This document shows, piece by piece, positions 1-9,218 of a DNA stretch of 64,000 nucleotides. Origin of the DNA: a candidate division WWE3 bacterium (GTDB lineage: Bacteria; Patescibacteriota; WWE3; UBA101185; UBA10185); the NCBI GenBank assembly GCA_014729135.1, contig WJKK01000001.1:730919-794918 (forward strand), read 5' to 3'. The position numbers were made by a program, and so were the translations under genes. Every line of letters starts with the position of its first letter. The stretch's first letter is position 1. The notes beneath the pieces were generated by a model. It was not told the DNA's origin. It searched no databases and saw only the letters and a list, made by a program, of their open reading frames with translations.

Positions 1-2
1 AA

Positions 3-869
3 GTCGAGATTGCTGGACAGAATCCCAAGGGTACCGTCAACTTCCTTCGCATGGTTCGGAAGGTTGAGATGGTTGAATGGTCTTGGAGTGACAAGTTGGG
101 TAGCCGAAGCCGTCGCCCTGCCTGCTTGGTAATTACTCGCAAGGGTGACATTTATCGTTTTACCGGCAGCGATATCGAGGGCGTTGTCAAAGTCGTAAAC
201 TCCAACTACGTCAAGCAAGGTAAGTGGAGCCACACGACCTTCCATTGCATCTCTCCAGAAGGAACCAAAATCTACTCCTGGAGCCAAAGCTGGGGCGAAG
301 GTTTGTTTTGGCCGCAGGCTTCCTGGGAGGAGGCCATAGCCGAAATTCAGAATGCAGCTCCGCAGGCTAAAGCCCAGGCTGTGGAGAACGTTATAAGGGA
401 AAACTGGCCCCATGCGGCCGGAAAGTTCGACGAGAATCGTGCAGCAATGCACGCATTCGCCGGTGTCGAAGGCCCTATGGAATGGACATGGAACGATGGG
501 CTCGCAAGTCGAAGTCGCCGTCCTGCCTGCCTGATAATCACACCCCAAGGGGATGTGTACCGATTCGAAGGGGGTGACATCGAGGGTGTGGTTAAGGTTA
601 CGAAAGAGGACTATGAGAAAAACGGGAAGTGGAGCAATTCTACCTACCACTGTGTTTCTCCCTCCGGGTCCATAATCTACTCCTGGCGACAGAGTTGGGA
701 AGAAGGTTTGTTCTGGCCACAAGCTTCTTGGGAGGAAGCTATCACCGAAGTTCAACAGGAAGCTCCCCAAGCGAAACCAGAGGCCATTGAGGCTATCATC
801 AGGGAACACTGGAGCAGGGCTGCTGAGAAATTCGATGAGAATCGTGCAGCAATGCAAGCTTTTTCTTAA
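3..869 (+). CDS. Hypothetical protein with two tandem ~136-aa internal repeats (5' partial, ORF open to window edge)
   Basis: ORF 51..869 is open upstream to nt 3 with no stop. The protein holds two highly similar repeats ('WSW.DKLGSRSRRPACL.IT..GD.YRF.G.DIEGVVKV...Y.K.GKWS..T.HC.SP.G..IYSW.QSW.EGLFWPQASWEEAI.E.Q..APQAK...'), each ending '(K/E)FDENRAAM.AF'. Confidence 0.55.
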   Translation, partial: VEIAGQNPKGTVNFLRMVRKVEMVEWSWSDKLGSRSRRPACLVITRKGDIYRFTGSDIEGVVKVVNSNYVKQGKWSHTTFHCISPEGTKIYSWSQSWGEGLFWPQASWEEAIAEIQNAAPQAKAQAVENVIRENWPHAAGKFDENRAAMHAFAGVEGPMEWTWNDGLASRSRRPACLIITPQGDVYRFEGGDIEGVVKVTKEDYEKNGKWSNSTYHCVSPSGSIIYSWRQSWEEGLFWPQASWEEAITEVQQEAPQAKPEAIEAIIREHWSRAAEKFDENRAAMQAFS

Positions 870-1007
870 GAAGACTGTTGTAAAAGTTTCGCTTGGCTAG
901 TTTAGCAAGCAGAAACGGCAGCGATGCTCTCCACAAGAGCATCTAAAAATAAACTAGTGGGGGAGAACTCCAACTCCCAAATCAAAAAGGAAAAAAAGTA
1001 GTCCGAA

Positions 1008-1070
1008 GGGACATCTCTTACCAAACCAAGTTGTTTTATTGGTTTGTGCGTATAGAGATGTCCCTTTTTT
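1008..1070 (+). terminator. Rho-independent terminator-like hairpin after the repeat-protein gene
   Basis: Inverted repeat gggacatctct (1008-1018) / agagatgtccc (1054-1064) with an inner stem ccaaacc/ggtttg, followed by TTTTTT (1065-1070). Confidence 0.5.
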
Positions 1071-1425
1071 GTTGCCTCTAAAATCCAAAAATAAAAATCC
1101 AAAGAAAAGGTAAACAACCAAAGCATCCAAAGAATGTAAAATAAAACCATGTCAAACAACTCCCTTTGGGACTACAACGAAAAAGAACTCAGTAAAACAG
1201 AATCAGGAAGGGCAAAAATACTGGAAAGAAAGCTTAATTACGGTAGAAAAGGTAACGAGAAAATAAGCATTGCAGAAGTTAAGAAGTACTGGGATAAAAT
1301 GGATCTTTTTCCTTTAACAAGGAAGTTCTGGAAGATGATGTTGGAGGAAACGTCAGCCGGAGTGCCAAATTAGGCCTAAATCAGGCTCTAAGGGCTTAAA
1401 ATCAAATCCAAAAAACATCCAAAAA

Positions 1426-1454
1426 TTGACAAAATCACCCCAAACACTTATATT
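1426..1454 (+). promoter_or_regulatory. Sigma70-like promoter (TTGACA-17-TATATT) upstream of rpmF
   Basis: TTGACA at 1426-1431, a 17-nt spacer, TATATT at 1449-1454. A second TATAAT with an upstream TG lies at 1471-1480. Location upstream of the L32 gene. Confidence 0.35.
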
Positions 1455-1606
1455 GCGTAAGCTTAGAACTTGTATATAATAAAAGCACCTTAAGCAATAA
1501 GCAGAGCAAAGAGATAAAGAAAATCTAAAAGAAAATCTAACCGAGCCTACTAAAAGCAAGCTCAAATTAAGCTTAAGCAAACAACAAACTAAAAGGAAAA
1601 ACTAAA

Positions 1607-1762
1607 ATGCCGGTACCAAAAAGAAAACACAGCAAAAGACGAAGCAAAATAAAGCGCTACAACCACTACATCCGTAAACTTAAAAAAAAGGTTAAGAATG
1701 TTGTAAAGGTAAAGGAGGGAGTGTACAAACGACCTCATGTGGAGGAGGAAGTCCAGATTTAA
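1607..1762 (+). CDS. rpmF: 50S ribosomal protein L32 (51 aa; missing from the ORF track, below its size cut-off)
   Basis: Translation is MPVPKRKHSKRRSKIKRYNHYIRKLKKKVKNVVKVKEGVYKRPHVEEEVQI*. The N-terminal 'PKRK.SK.R' is the L32 signature. A spaced RBS 'aaaggaaaaactaaa' precedes the ATG. Confidence 0.6.
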   Translation: MPVPKRKHSKRRSKIKRYNHYIRKLKKKVKNVVKVKEGVYKRPHVEEEVQI

Positions 1763-1848
1763 GAGTTACCGCAAGCACCAAAGAATCGAGTTAGGACCAA
1801 GATCAGCTCCACAACCAAAACCAAACAAAAGCAAATTAAAAACAAAAC

Positions 1849-2301
1849 ATGCCCGGAAAAACCGACAAAAGACACTTAGCACGCAAAATAGCACTAGGCA
1901 CACTCTACTGCTCCTCCGAAAGCAAAGAAATCCCCATAGAAACCTGCCAAACTCTAGCAGAAGAAACCCTCGAAATAACCCAAACCCAAGAGAAAAAAGA
2001 AGAATACGACCAAGAACTGGCCAAAGAGCTCATCCAAAAAACCCCCGAAAACAAAGAAAAAATTAATCCCATCATAAAAGAATGCGCCCCTCAATGGCCC
2101 CTAGAAAAAATCTTTAAAATCGACTTAATAATATTACAAATAGCAATCTACGAACTCTTGATAAAACAGAACACACCCGATAAAGTAGTTCTAGACGAAG
2201 CCGTAGAACTTGCCAAAGAATACGGCAACGACACATCAAGTAGTTTTGTAAACGGCGTCTTAGGCACCGTTTTTGAAAGAAAGGACAAATATGTATCTTA
2301 A
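1849..2301 (+). CDS. nusB: Transcription antitermination factor NusB
   Basis: 150 aa. 'LARKIALGTLY', 'DLIILQIAIYELL' and 'DEAVELAKEYG...SSFVNGVLG' fit the NusB family. Confidence 0.7.
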   Translation: MPGKTDKRHLARKIALGTLYCSSESKEIPIETCQTLAEETLEITQTQEKKEEYDQELAKELIQKTPENKEKINPIIKECAPQWPLEKIFKIDLIILQIAIYELLIKQNTPDKVVLDEAVELAKEYGNDTSSSFVNGVLGTVFERKDKYVS

Positions 2302-2518
2302 AAAAGTTCAAAAAGTTATATTGGAAAAGACAGGAATTGAGCCTGAAGAGGTAGAGCCGGCAGATTATTTTGCAGAGGATTTAAATCTGGGCGAACTGGA
2401 GTTGCAGGAAATTCTGGAGGCTCTGGAGGAGGAGTACGAATTGGAGCTAACGGAGCGTATAGAGGAAATTGAGACAATTGAGGATTTGGTGACGCTTTTA
2501 TCGGAGGAGCTGGACTAA
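2291..2518 (+). CDS. Acyl-carrier-protein-like small acidic protein lacking the phosphopantetheine serine
   Basis: Aligns to ACP helix II: 'FAEDLNLGELELQEILEALEEEY' versus E. coli '[23 protein letters not shown]'. The DSL serine is replaced by Glu. Sits directly upstream of rnc, as acpA does in Bacillus. Confidence 0.5.
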   Translation: MYLKKVQKVILEKTGIEPEEVEPADYFAEDLNLGELELQEILEALEEEYELELTERIEEIETIEDLVTLLSEELD

Positions 2519-2566
2519 AAAGAGAAACCGAACTAAAAACTAGTTAAAATCCTGTCCGAAAAGCCA

Positions 2567-3265
2567 ATGCAACATTATATAGACACAAAAAAACTAGGTG
2601 AGATCCTGGAAATAGAGATTAAAAAGGAGAATTTATTCACTAAGGCGTTTACGCATCGCTCTTATTTAAACGAGCATCCGACTTATGAGTTTCCTTCAAA
2701 TGAGCGGTTGGAGTTTTTGGGAGATGCGGTTTTGCAGCTAATTTCCTCTGAGTATCTTTTTGGAAAGTATGAAAATCCTGAAGGTGACTTAACTAATTTT
2801 AGGGCAGCTTTGGTTTGCACTAAGTCGCTGGCGCAGGAAGCACGCCGCCTAGGTTATGGTGACTTTTTGCTGCTTTCTAAAGGGGAGGAGGCCACAGGAG
2901 GACGTAACCGTCAGTACATTTTAGCTAATACTTTTGAGGCGGTTTTGGGCGCCATATACCTCCAGGAGGGCCTAGAAACATGTCAAGAATTTGTAACTAG
3001 AGAGCTTTTATATAAGGCAGATAAAATTATTGAGGAGGAAACCTATAAAGATGCTAAATCTCAGTTTCAAGAGGAGGCGCAGGAAAAACTGGGAGTAACT
3101 CCGCAGTATAAAGTGCTGGATTCTTGGGGACCCGATCATGAAAAGCAATTTAAAGTTGGCGTTTACTTGGCACGTGAAGAATATGGAGTGGGCCAAGGCT
3201 CCAGTAAACAGAAAGCAGAGCAGCAAGCAGCCGTTAAGGCATTGGACAAGCTAACCACTGTTTGA
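2567..3265 (+). CDS. rnc: Ribonuclease III
   Basis: 'ERLEFLGDAVLQL' RNase III signature, with a C-terminal dsRBD-like region. Confidence 0.85.
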   Translation: MQHYIDTKKLGEILEIEIKKENLFTKAFTHRSYLNEHPTYEFPSNERLEFLGDAVLQLISSEYLFGKYENPEGDLTNFRAALVCTKSLAQEARRLGYGDFLLLSKGEEATGGRNRQYILANTFEAVLGAIYLQEGLETCQEFVTRELLYKADKIIEEETYKDAKSQFQEEAQEKLGVTPQYKVLDSWGPDHEKQFKVGVYLAREEYGVGQGSSKQKAEQQAAVKALDKLTTV

Positions 3266-3279
3266 TAGAATCCTTCCGT

Positions 3280-3648
3280 ATGTCAGTAACAATAAGATTA
3301 GCGCGAATAGGAAAGAAAAACGCACCGGCCTATAAAATAGTTGCAGCTCAAACCCGCACAAAGAGGACCGGTAAATTTCTGGACGTCCTGGGCTATTTCA
3401 ATCCGTCAGAAGGAAACGACGTTTATGAGATAGACATGGACAAATATCAAGATTGGAAAAATAAAGGTGCTCTCTCTACGGAAGCTGTGGAGAAGTTGAT
3501 TGAAGGCACCTATGAATATAAAGTTTATAACCCTAATGCTGAGGAAGAGGTAGAGGAAGAACCCAAGGAGGAAGCGGAAGCGACTCCAGAGGAGGATTCC
3601 ACTGAAGCTGAAACTGAAGCGGGGGAAGAGAAGGAGAACAATAAATGA
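3280..3648 (+). CDS. rpsP: 30S ribosomal protein S16 with acidic C-terminal tail
   Basis: 'MSVTIRLARIGKKNAPAYKIVAAQTRTKRTGKFLDVLGYFNP' matches S16. The C-terminus is Glu-rich and low-complexity. Start chosen at the internal Met of ORF 3262. Confidence 0.85.
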   Translation: MSVTIRLARIGKKNAPAYKIVAAQTRTKRTGKFLDVLGYFNPSEGNDVYEIDMDKYQDWKNKGALSTEAVEKLIEGTYEYKVYNPNAEEEVEEEPKEEAEATPEEDSTEAETEAGEEKENNK

Positions 3649-4055
3649 AAGAATTTGTTCAGTACCTAGTACAAAGTATTGCAAAACATCCTGAGGATGT
3701 TGAAGTAGTTGAGAAGCAACTCGACGAGACCTATATTAAGGAGGAAATTTCAGTTCACCCTGATGACATGGGTCTTATTATTGGGCGAAACGGCCGCACT
3801 ATTCGTAGTGTGCGTGAGTTGGCTAAGGCAAAGGCTATTAAGGCTAATGTTAAGGTTGACGTTGAGCTTTTGGAGCCTGACCGAGAGGAGAAGGGCGTTA
3901 AGGAGGCTGTAGAGGAGGCTGCTGAAGAAGTGGCTGACACTGCAGAGGAGGTTGTTGATTCCGTTGAGAATGAGGTTAATGAGATGGCGGAGGAGCTTAT
4001 GGATATGGTTGAGGGTGATGATGAGGCTGATTCCGAGGAGGTTGAGGCTGCTTAA
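3645..4055 (+). CDS. KH-domain RNA-binding protein (YlqC/UPF0109-like) with acidic tail
   Basis: 'LIIGRNGRTIRSVRELAKA' GxxG KH motif. Lies between rpsP and trmD as in the conserved operon. ATGA overlap with rpsP. Confidence 0.7.
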   Translation: MKEFVQYLVQSIAKHPEDVEVVEKQLDETYIKEEISVHPDDMGLIIGRNGRTIRSVRELAKAKAIKANVKVDVELLEPDREEKGVKEAVEEAAEEVADTAEEVVDSVENEVNEMAEELMDMVEGDDEADSEEVEAA

Positions 4056-4162
4056 GCTTTAAGTTAGTTAACGAGAAGGCAATTATTTTCTTCTTTTTAA
4101 ATAAAGGAGGAACTTGAAACCCCCACTTTGTGGGGGTTTTTTGTTATTGCTATAATCTAAAC

Positions 4163-4843
4163 ATGCTAACCATAAACATAATCACATTATTCCCTGAGCT
4201 CATAGAACCTTACCTTGAAAGACTCCCCTTTAGTAGAGCCATTGAAAAGGGAGCATTAGAAGTAAATTTAATCCAACTTAAAAACTATGCAATTGATGAG
4301 CGGGGAACAGTTGACGGCAGGCCTTATGGAGGGGGAGTGGGGATGCTTTTACGAATTGAGCCGGTTTGGCAAGCTTTGGAAAGTGTTTATGGCGCCTTTG
4401 ATAATCCCGAAAAAATACAGGCAGATTTAGAAAACACAATTATTGGCTTAACCCCTTCAGGAAAAACTTTTACTCAAAAAAAGGCGCAAGAACTTAGCAA
4501 AAAATCAACTATAACTTTAATTTGCGGGCGTTACGAAGGGATGGATGCACGAATTAAGCAGCATTTAACTACAGAAAACATCTCCATTGGGAACTATGTG
4601 CTTTCAGGTGGAGAAATTCCGGCTTTAGCTATTATGGAGGCAGTTGTGCGACTCCTCCCGGAGGCTATAGAAAAGGAAGAGGCAACCCTGCTGGAGTCTT
4701 TTTCACAGGGGCTTGATCAAAAAAAGGAATACCCGCAATTTACACGCCCTGAAACCTACAAAGGATTGGCGGTACCGGAGGTGCTACTTTCAGGCCATCA
4801 CGAGAAGATAAAAAAATGGCAAAAAGATCAAATTAACTCTTAA
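4163..4843 (+). CDS. trmD: tRNA (guanine37-N1)-methyltransferase TrmD
   Basis: 'MLTINIITLFPEL...GRPYGGGVGMLLRIEPV', SPOUT TrmD family. Start taken at the internal Met. Confidence 0.85.
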   Translation: MLTINIITLFPELIEPYLERLPFSRAIEKGALEVNLIQLKNYAIDERGTVDGRPYGGGVGMLLRIEPVWQALESVYGAFDNPEKIQADLENTIIGLTPSGKTFTQKKAQELSKKSTITLICGRYEGMDARIKQHLTTENISIGNYVLSGGEIPALAIMEAVVRLLPEAIEKEEATLLESFSQGLDQKKEYPQFTRPETYKGLAVPEVLLSGHHEKIKKWQKDQINS

Positions 4844-4844
4844 A

Positions 4845-6881
4845 ATGTCTCAAACTTTAGAAATACTACTGCATGACGGAATAAACTATCTATTGCCGCT
4901 AAACCTCTTTAATTTCGTAATGTTGGTAACAGGATTACCCCTGGGATTAAAAATCGCAAAAAAAGAAGTAAGCCACATAAGCACAGTTAGTTTAATTTTA
5001 GTAGGATACACAACCTTTGCATTAAATCATTTAAACTCACAACTATTTCCATTTAATAAAAAAACCTTACTTATAATCCTGGCTCTATGGTCAATCACAA
5101 ATGCGATTATTTGTTTTAAAGACAAAAACCTACAGCTAATTAAAACCAAGGCACTCCTAAAATATTCTCTTGCTTTCCTTTTAATAAGCACTTTCCTATA
5201 TCTGCTTAAATCCTTTGAACCGGAAATAAATCACATAGAAAGAACCATGAGCTTGGGAATTTTAAACGCGTTGGAAAAAACAACCAAACTACCTCCTAAT
5301 GATTTTTGGCTGGCAGGAAAGCAGCTTAACTATTATTATTTTGGCCATTTTTTGATAAGTAGCCTGCTAAAGCTAACACAAATACAACCTGTACCCGGAT
5401 TTTATGTAGGAACTATCTGGATGTATACAACCTTTATGCTCCTAACTTACACCACTGCAAAAAACTTATATGAAAAATTCTCCTCCAATAAAAGTGGGCA
5501 AAAAAAAGAGGCGGCACTTATAAGCACTTACTTCGTAACTCTGGGGGGAACACTGTATCCTTTTAGGTGGTTTATAGAGAATGTTATTAGACTGCTGGAA
5601 AAGCAAAAAGCAGTATCTTTTTTGTTTACGGAAGCTATAAGACCCAATAACCATAGACTTCTAGATATTCCACTATATAGCTTTTTATTTCATGAGTTAC
5701 ATGCGCATACTTGGGGGTTTATATTGGGCCTTATGATAATTAATGCTTTAATTCAATTAAAGAGTAGCCACATAAAAAAGGAGTTCGCTAAAATCGCATG
5801 GACAGGGTTCCTATTGGGAATAACTTTTATGACTAATTCTTGGGACACATTAACATTAGGAGTGCTCGTGGGAAGCACAATACTCTTTTACCTGAAGCCT
5901 AGAAAATTCGACCTGCAAACAATAGCAAAAAAAATAACGGGAATACTAGCGGTAATCACAATCGTTCTTATAACAGCACTGCCCTGGAAAAGCACCTTTA
6001 CATCTCCTATAACAGGAATAGCCATTACAGGAAACTCAACACCAATAATGCTATTACTTAGCTACTGGGGAACTTTTTTAGGAACCCTGATCCTGTACTT
6101 AATAGCGCAAATAAAATCAAAAAGGAAAGTTTGGTCCGTAAAGAAACCGGAGATCACTTTTCCACTCGTCATCCTGCTTATAGGAATAGTGCTACTAATC
6201 GCTATAGAAATATTTAGTGTAAAAGACCTTTTGGTAACAGTACAAAACAATGGATTTAACACTTTCTGGAAAACAAGCTTGCAGGTATGGATATGGTTTA
6301 ACCTTTTTACAGGAATCTTCCTAGTAGAGGCCTACAAAAAAACCAAGAACAAAAGGCTCTATGCAATTCTTTTTATGGTACTTATATTTACAACGGCCAA
6401 TTTCAGCGGAAAGATGCTTTTTCAAGGTGTTTTTAAGGATAAAAAGTTCTCCGGAATAAAAAATGGATTAGCCTTTTGGCAGGAAAGTTACCCCCAAGAA
6501 TATGAAATTTACAACTACTTAAAATCCCAAGAAGCGGACTCAAGTTTGGTCATTGCAGAAGCCCCTGGGCAAAGTTACACACATTACAACCTAATGTCGG
6601 CATTCGTAGGAGCCGAATCAGTATTAGGATGGTACACCCACGAGATAACATGGAGAAATGAGCCAACGGAACTTAAAAGGAGGCAAAGGGACTTGTATAA
6701 ACTATATACAAAAGCTTCGGTGGAAGAGGCGAAAAAAATAGTGCAAGACTACAAAATTGACTACATCATTGTTTCCGATAAAGAGAGAGAGACCTACAAG
6801 GATTTAAATGAGAAAACTTTAAGCAGGATAGGGAAAGTAGAATATAAAACCAAGGACATACTGCTTATCAAGGTAATTTAA
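4845..6881 (+). CDS. Large polytopic membrane protein, possible GT-C-type glycosyltransferase (ArnT/YfhO-like)
   Basis: 678 aa with more than 12 predicted TM helices, then a soluble C-terminal domain. No firm catalytic motif recognised. Confidence 0.3.
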   Translation: MSQTLEILLHDGINYLLPLNLFNFVMLVTGLPLGLKIAKKEVSHISTVSLILVGYTTFALNHLNSQLFPFNKKTLLIILALWSITNAIICFKDKNLQLIKTKALLKYSLAFLLISTFLYLLKSFEPEINHIERTMSLGILNALEKTTKLPPNDFWLAGKQLNYYYFGHFLISSLLKLTQIQPVPGFYVGTIWMYTTFMLLTYTTAKNLYEKFSSNKSGQKKEAALISTYFVTLGGTLYPFRWFIENVIRLLEKQKAVSFLFTEAIRPNNHRLLDIPLYSFLFHELHAHTWGFILGLMIINALIQLKSSHIKKEFAKIAWTGFLLGITFMTNSWDTLTLGVLVGSTILFYLKPRKFDLQTIAKKITGILAVITIVLITALPWKSTFTSPITGIAITGNSTPIMLLLSYWGTFLGTLILYLIAQIKSKRKVWSVKKPEITFPLVILLIGIVLLIAIEIFSVKDLLVTVQNNGFNTFWKTSLQVWIWFNLFTGIFLVEAYKKTKNKRLYAILFMVLIFTTANFSGKMLFQGVFKDKKFSGIKNGLAFWQESYPQEYEIYNYLKSQEADSSLVIAEAPGQSYTHYNLMSAFVGAESVLGWYTHEITWRNEPTELKRRQRDLYKLYTKASVEEAKKIVQDYKIDYIIVSDKERETYKDLNEKTLSRIGKVEYKTKDILLIKVI

Positions 6882-7315
6882 GAGGAGGGAGATTCTGTAA
6901 GGGGAAGACAGGTGCCGGAACCATCGCATTTTTCAACCATACCCGCGGTGGAATCGTATTCATAAGTACCCCCATCTGATGCGGGACCAACCACAACAAA
7001 ACTGCTGCCTGAGGGGGAAGAATAAGTGTAAGTGTCGCCCTCTTGGGGAGAGTCATCGGGCCAGCTTGTAACATAGGGGGAGTCGGCTAAAGTTGATTGA
7101 TCGGGATAATAACCTTCTAACAAATAAAACGATTCGGCTGCCTCCGCAAGCTTTTTAACATTAGCAATTCGCACAGAATCGCGCGTTTGATTCCTGTAAA
7201 ACTCTGGCTTTAGGACCGAAAAAACCACTCCGGATAAGATCCCCAAGAGAACTACTACTATAAGAAGCTCTACCAACGTAAAACCTGCCTTTTCTTTTCC
7301 TAAAAAATTCAACAT
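6878..7315 (-). CDS. Type IV pilin-like protein (prepilin leader + GFTLVELL)
   Basis: N-terminus '[24 protein letters not shown]' is a class III signal peptide with Glu at +5. Paralogous to the N-terminal half of 7324..8352. Confidence 0.75.
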   Translation of the reverse strand: MLNFLGKEKAGFTLVELLIVVVLLGILSGVVFSVLKPEFYRNQTRDSVRIANVKKLAEAAESFYLLEGYYPDQSTLADSPYVTSWPDDSPQEGDTYTYSSPSGSSFVVVGPASDGGTYEYDSTAGMVEKCDGSGTCLPLTESPSS

Positions 7316-7323
7316 AATAATTG

Positions 7324-8352
7324 TTACTGAAACACGGGAGTTCCTGTAGCCCCGCCCGATTCAAGGCATTGTGCACCAGAACAGATATAGGGGGAACAGC
7401 AATCACTATCCCCGGAACAATAACCACCCAAGCTCTGGCAAGGCTCCATACATCTATCTGATATACAAACATAACCGGAACAACAGTCTGAATCGTCCGA
7501 ACAGGGATCGTAGTAGCCCTCACATTCCAAGCAAAGGTTCTCATAGCAACTGCTGCCAGTGGAGTCTCCGCAGCACTGAAAGTCATAATCGCAGGAGGCT
7601 CCGGTAGCACCACAGCAATCAGCATCCGCATAGTCGGTATTTCCATCACAGTCATTATCCACACTATCCGAGCAACTCGACTCTGAACCAGTCTGGCAGT
7701 CAGTATCGGCACAATCAACAAAACCGTTGCAATTATTATCAACACCGTCTGAGCAGGAAACCTCAGTATCTCCTTGACAATCCAGGTCGGCGCAGTCAAT
7801 AAGGCCATCGCAATCATTATCCGTACCATCAAAACAGGCAACTTCTATAGGATCGCAACTTGGCGGTGTAGTACCACTACCAGTGCCATCACCGAAATCA
7901 AATGAAGTATCTGTTGCTAAACCTCCAGAAAGACCCTCACAGATCCCTCCTAAACATTCGTATAACTGTCCGGTATCTGAATGATATTCATAAGTCCCTC
8001 CGGATGAATTTGCTACTGAAACCGTAAAAGCACCGGAAGTGTAAGAATAAACATAAGCATCGTCACCAGTGGGAGAGCCGTCTGGCCAGTTTGGTAAATA
8101 GTCAACTGCAGCAAGGGCGGCCTGACTTTCTGGATAGCCTCCTTCTAAATTTGCATACACTTCTGCGGCGTCCGCTAACTTTTTCACGTTGGCTATTCGT
8201 ACAGAATCCCGTGATTGGTTTCGAGCAGCTTCAGGACGTATAACTGTTAAACCAACAGCTGCTAAAATCCCCACTAAAACAACAACAATGAGAAGCTCCA
8301 CCAAAGTAAATCCATACTTTCTATCTTTAATATCTTTTAATAGTACTTGCAT
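7324..8352 (-). CDS. Type IV pilin with C-terminal Cys/Asp-rich calcium-binding-like repeats and knottin-like modules
   Basis: '[22 protein letters not shown]' prepilin N-terminus. C-terminal 3x 'C.DG.DNDCDG..DC.D.DC' and 3x 'C...D.DCC.G..C....C' motifs. Confidence 0.7.
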   Translation of the reverse strand: MQVLLKDIKDRKYGFTLVELLIVVVLVGILAAVGLTVIRPEAARNQSRDSVRIANVKKLADAAEVYANLEGGYPESQAALAAVDYLPNWPDGSPTGDDAYVYSYTSGAFTVSVANSSGGTYEYHSDTGQLYECLGGICEGLSGGLATDTSFDFGDGTGSGTTPPSCDPIEVACFDGTDNDCDGLIDCADLDCQGDTEVSCSDGVDNNCNGFVDCADTDCQTGSESSCSDSVDNDCDGNTDYADADCCGATGASCDYDFQCCGDSTGSSCYENLCLECEGYYDPCSDDSDCCSGYVCISDRCMEPCQSLGGYCSGDSDCCSPYICSGAQCLESGGATGTPVFQ

Positions 8353-8354
8353 AC

Positions 8355-9218
8355 TTATTCAGCTTCCGGTGTGGCTGCGGGAGCTTCCGATTCTTCCGCA
8401 GAGCCCTCCTCAAGTTCCTCCGGGGGAGTTTCCTCTACAACTATGTAATCCTCGGGAGAAATATCATAATGCCTTAAACTCTTAACCTTCTCTATAAAAG
8501 CGGTGAATTGAGGACTTGCAATATCGAGCTCAATGACCTCGTCGGTTACTGCATCTGCACGCACATCCAAATAGGGGGAAATCAGCTTAAAATTAGCAGA
8601 AAAGCCTGTCGCATCTTCCTGTTCGCTTTTGTTATAGCGGAAATCTTCCACTACAACTAAGCGGGAGGCATTTTCAACCCTTTGCATTAAGGCCAAAAGA
8701 CCTTGACGGGGTCCTAAAGCCTCCAAAGATACGGTCACATTTTCGTAAGAAACATTTTGGGCGCCTCCGGAGGGATCTGAAGAACTTGAGGAACCTACAG
8801 CGGGTACAGCTGAGCTACTCCCTTTGCTGTATGCAAGTTGCTCTACACCTAAAACGGATTCCCTTGCCATCAAATCTACCTGAGCTAGAAGCTCAGGAAC
8901 TGTTGGTTCGGACACTAAAGTCTTGTTTATAAAATCAGAATACTCCCGAACAACTTCTTCTAAATCAACCAGTAAATTAAGCGTGGAAACTTTGGTTTGC
9001 AACTGGCGGGAAAGATGCTGCTTCTCATCTAGGTTCTCTTGGATAAGAGGCATCTCCTGATATTTAGGGAAAAGGACTAAAAAAAGTAACAAGCCGGTAG
9101 CAATAAGCGAGATCAAAGGTATTAAAAAGTTTAACAAAAAGCCAGTCACCTTAGAAAGATCAAAGCCTTTTACATTAAGGCTATCTAAATTAACTTCTTG
9201 ATTTAAATCCAAAGCCAT
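8355..9218 (-). CDS. pilO: Type IV pilus assembly protein PilO-like (with acidic C-terminal tail)
   Basis: Single N-terminal TM plus a coiled-coil, directly downstream of pilM and pilN. Overlaps the pilN stop. Confidence 0.55.
   Translation of the reverse strand: MALDLNQEVNLDSLNVKGFDLSKVTGFLLNFLIPLISLIATGLLLFLVLFPKYQEMPLIQENLDEKQHLSRQLQTKVSTLNLLVDLEEVVREYSDFINKTLVSEPTVPELLAQVDLMARESVLGVEQLAYSKGSSSAVPAVGSSSSSDPSGGAQNVSYENVTVSLEALGPRQGLLALMQRVENASRLVVVEDFRYNKSEQEDATGFSANFKLISPYLDVRADAVTDEVIELDIASPQFTAFIEKVKSLRHYDISPEDYIVVEETPPEELEEGSAEESEAPAATPEAE

Noticed and set aside
1737-2066. 109-aa extremely basic ORF overlapping nusB
   Set aside because: Out-of-frame overlap with a well-supported nusB. 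Lys/Arg richness is a by-product of the A-rich sequence.
7161-7841. 226-aa ORF on the minus strand overlapping the pilin genes
   Set aside because: It is read in a different frame across two confidently called prepilin genes. Composition is hydrophobic and low-complexity, with no start context. A shadow ORF.
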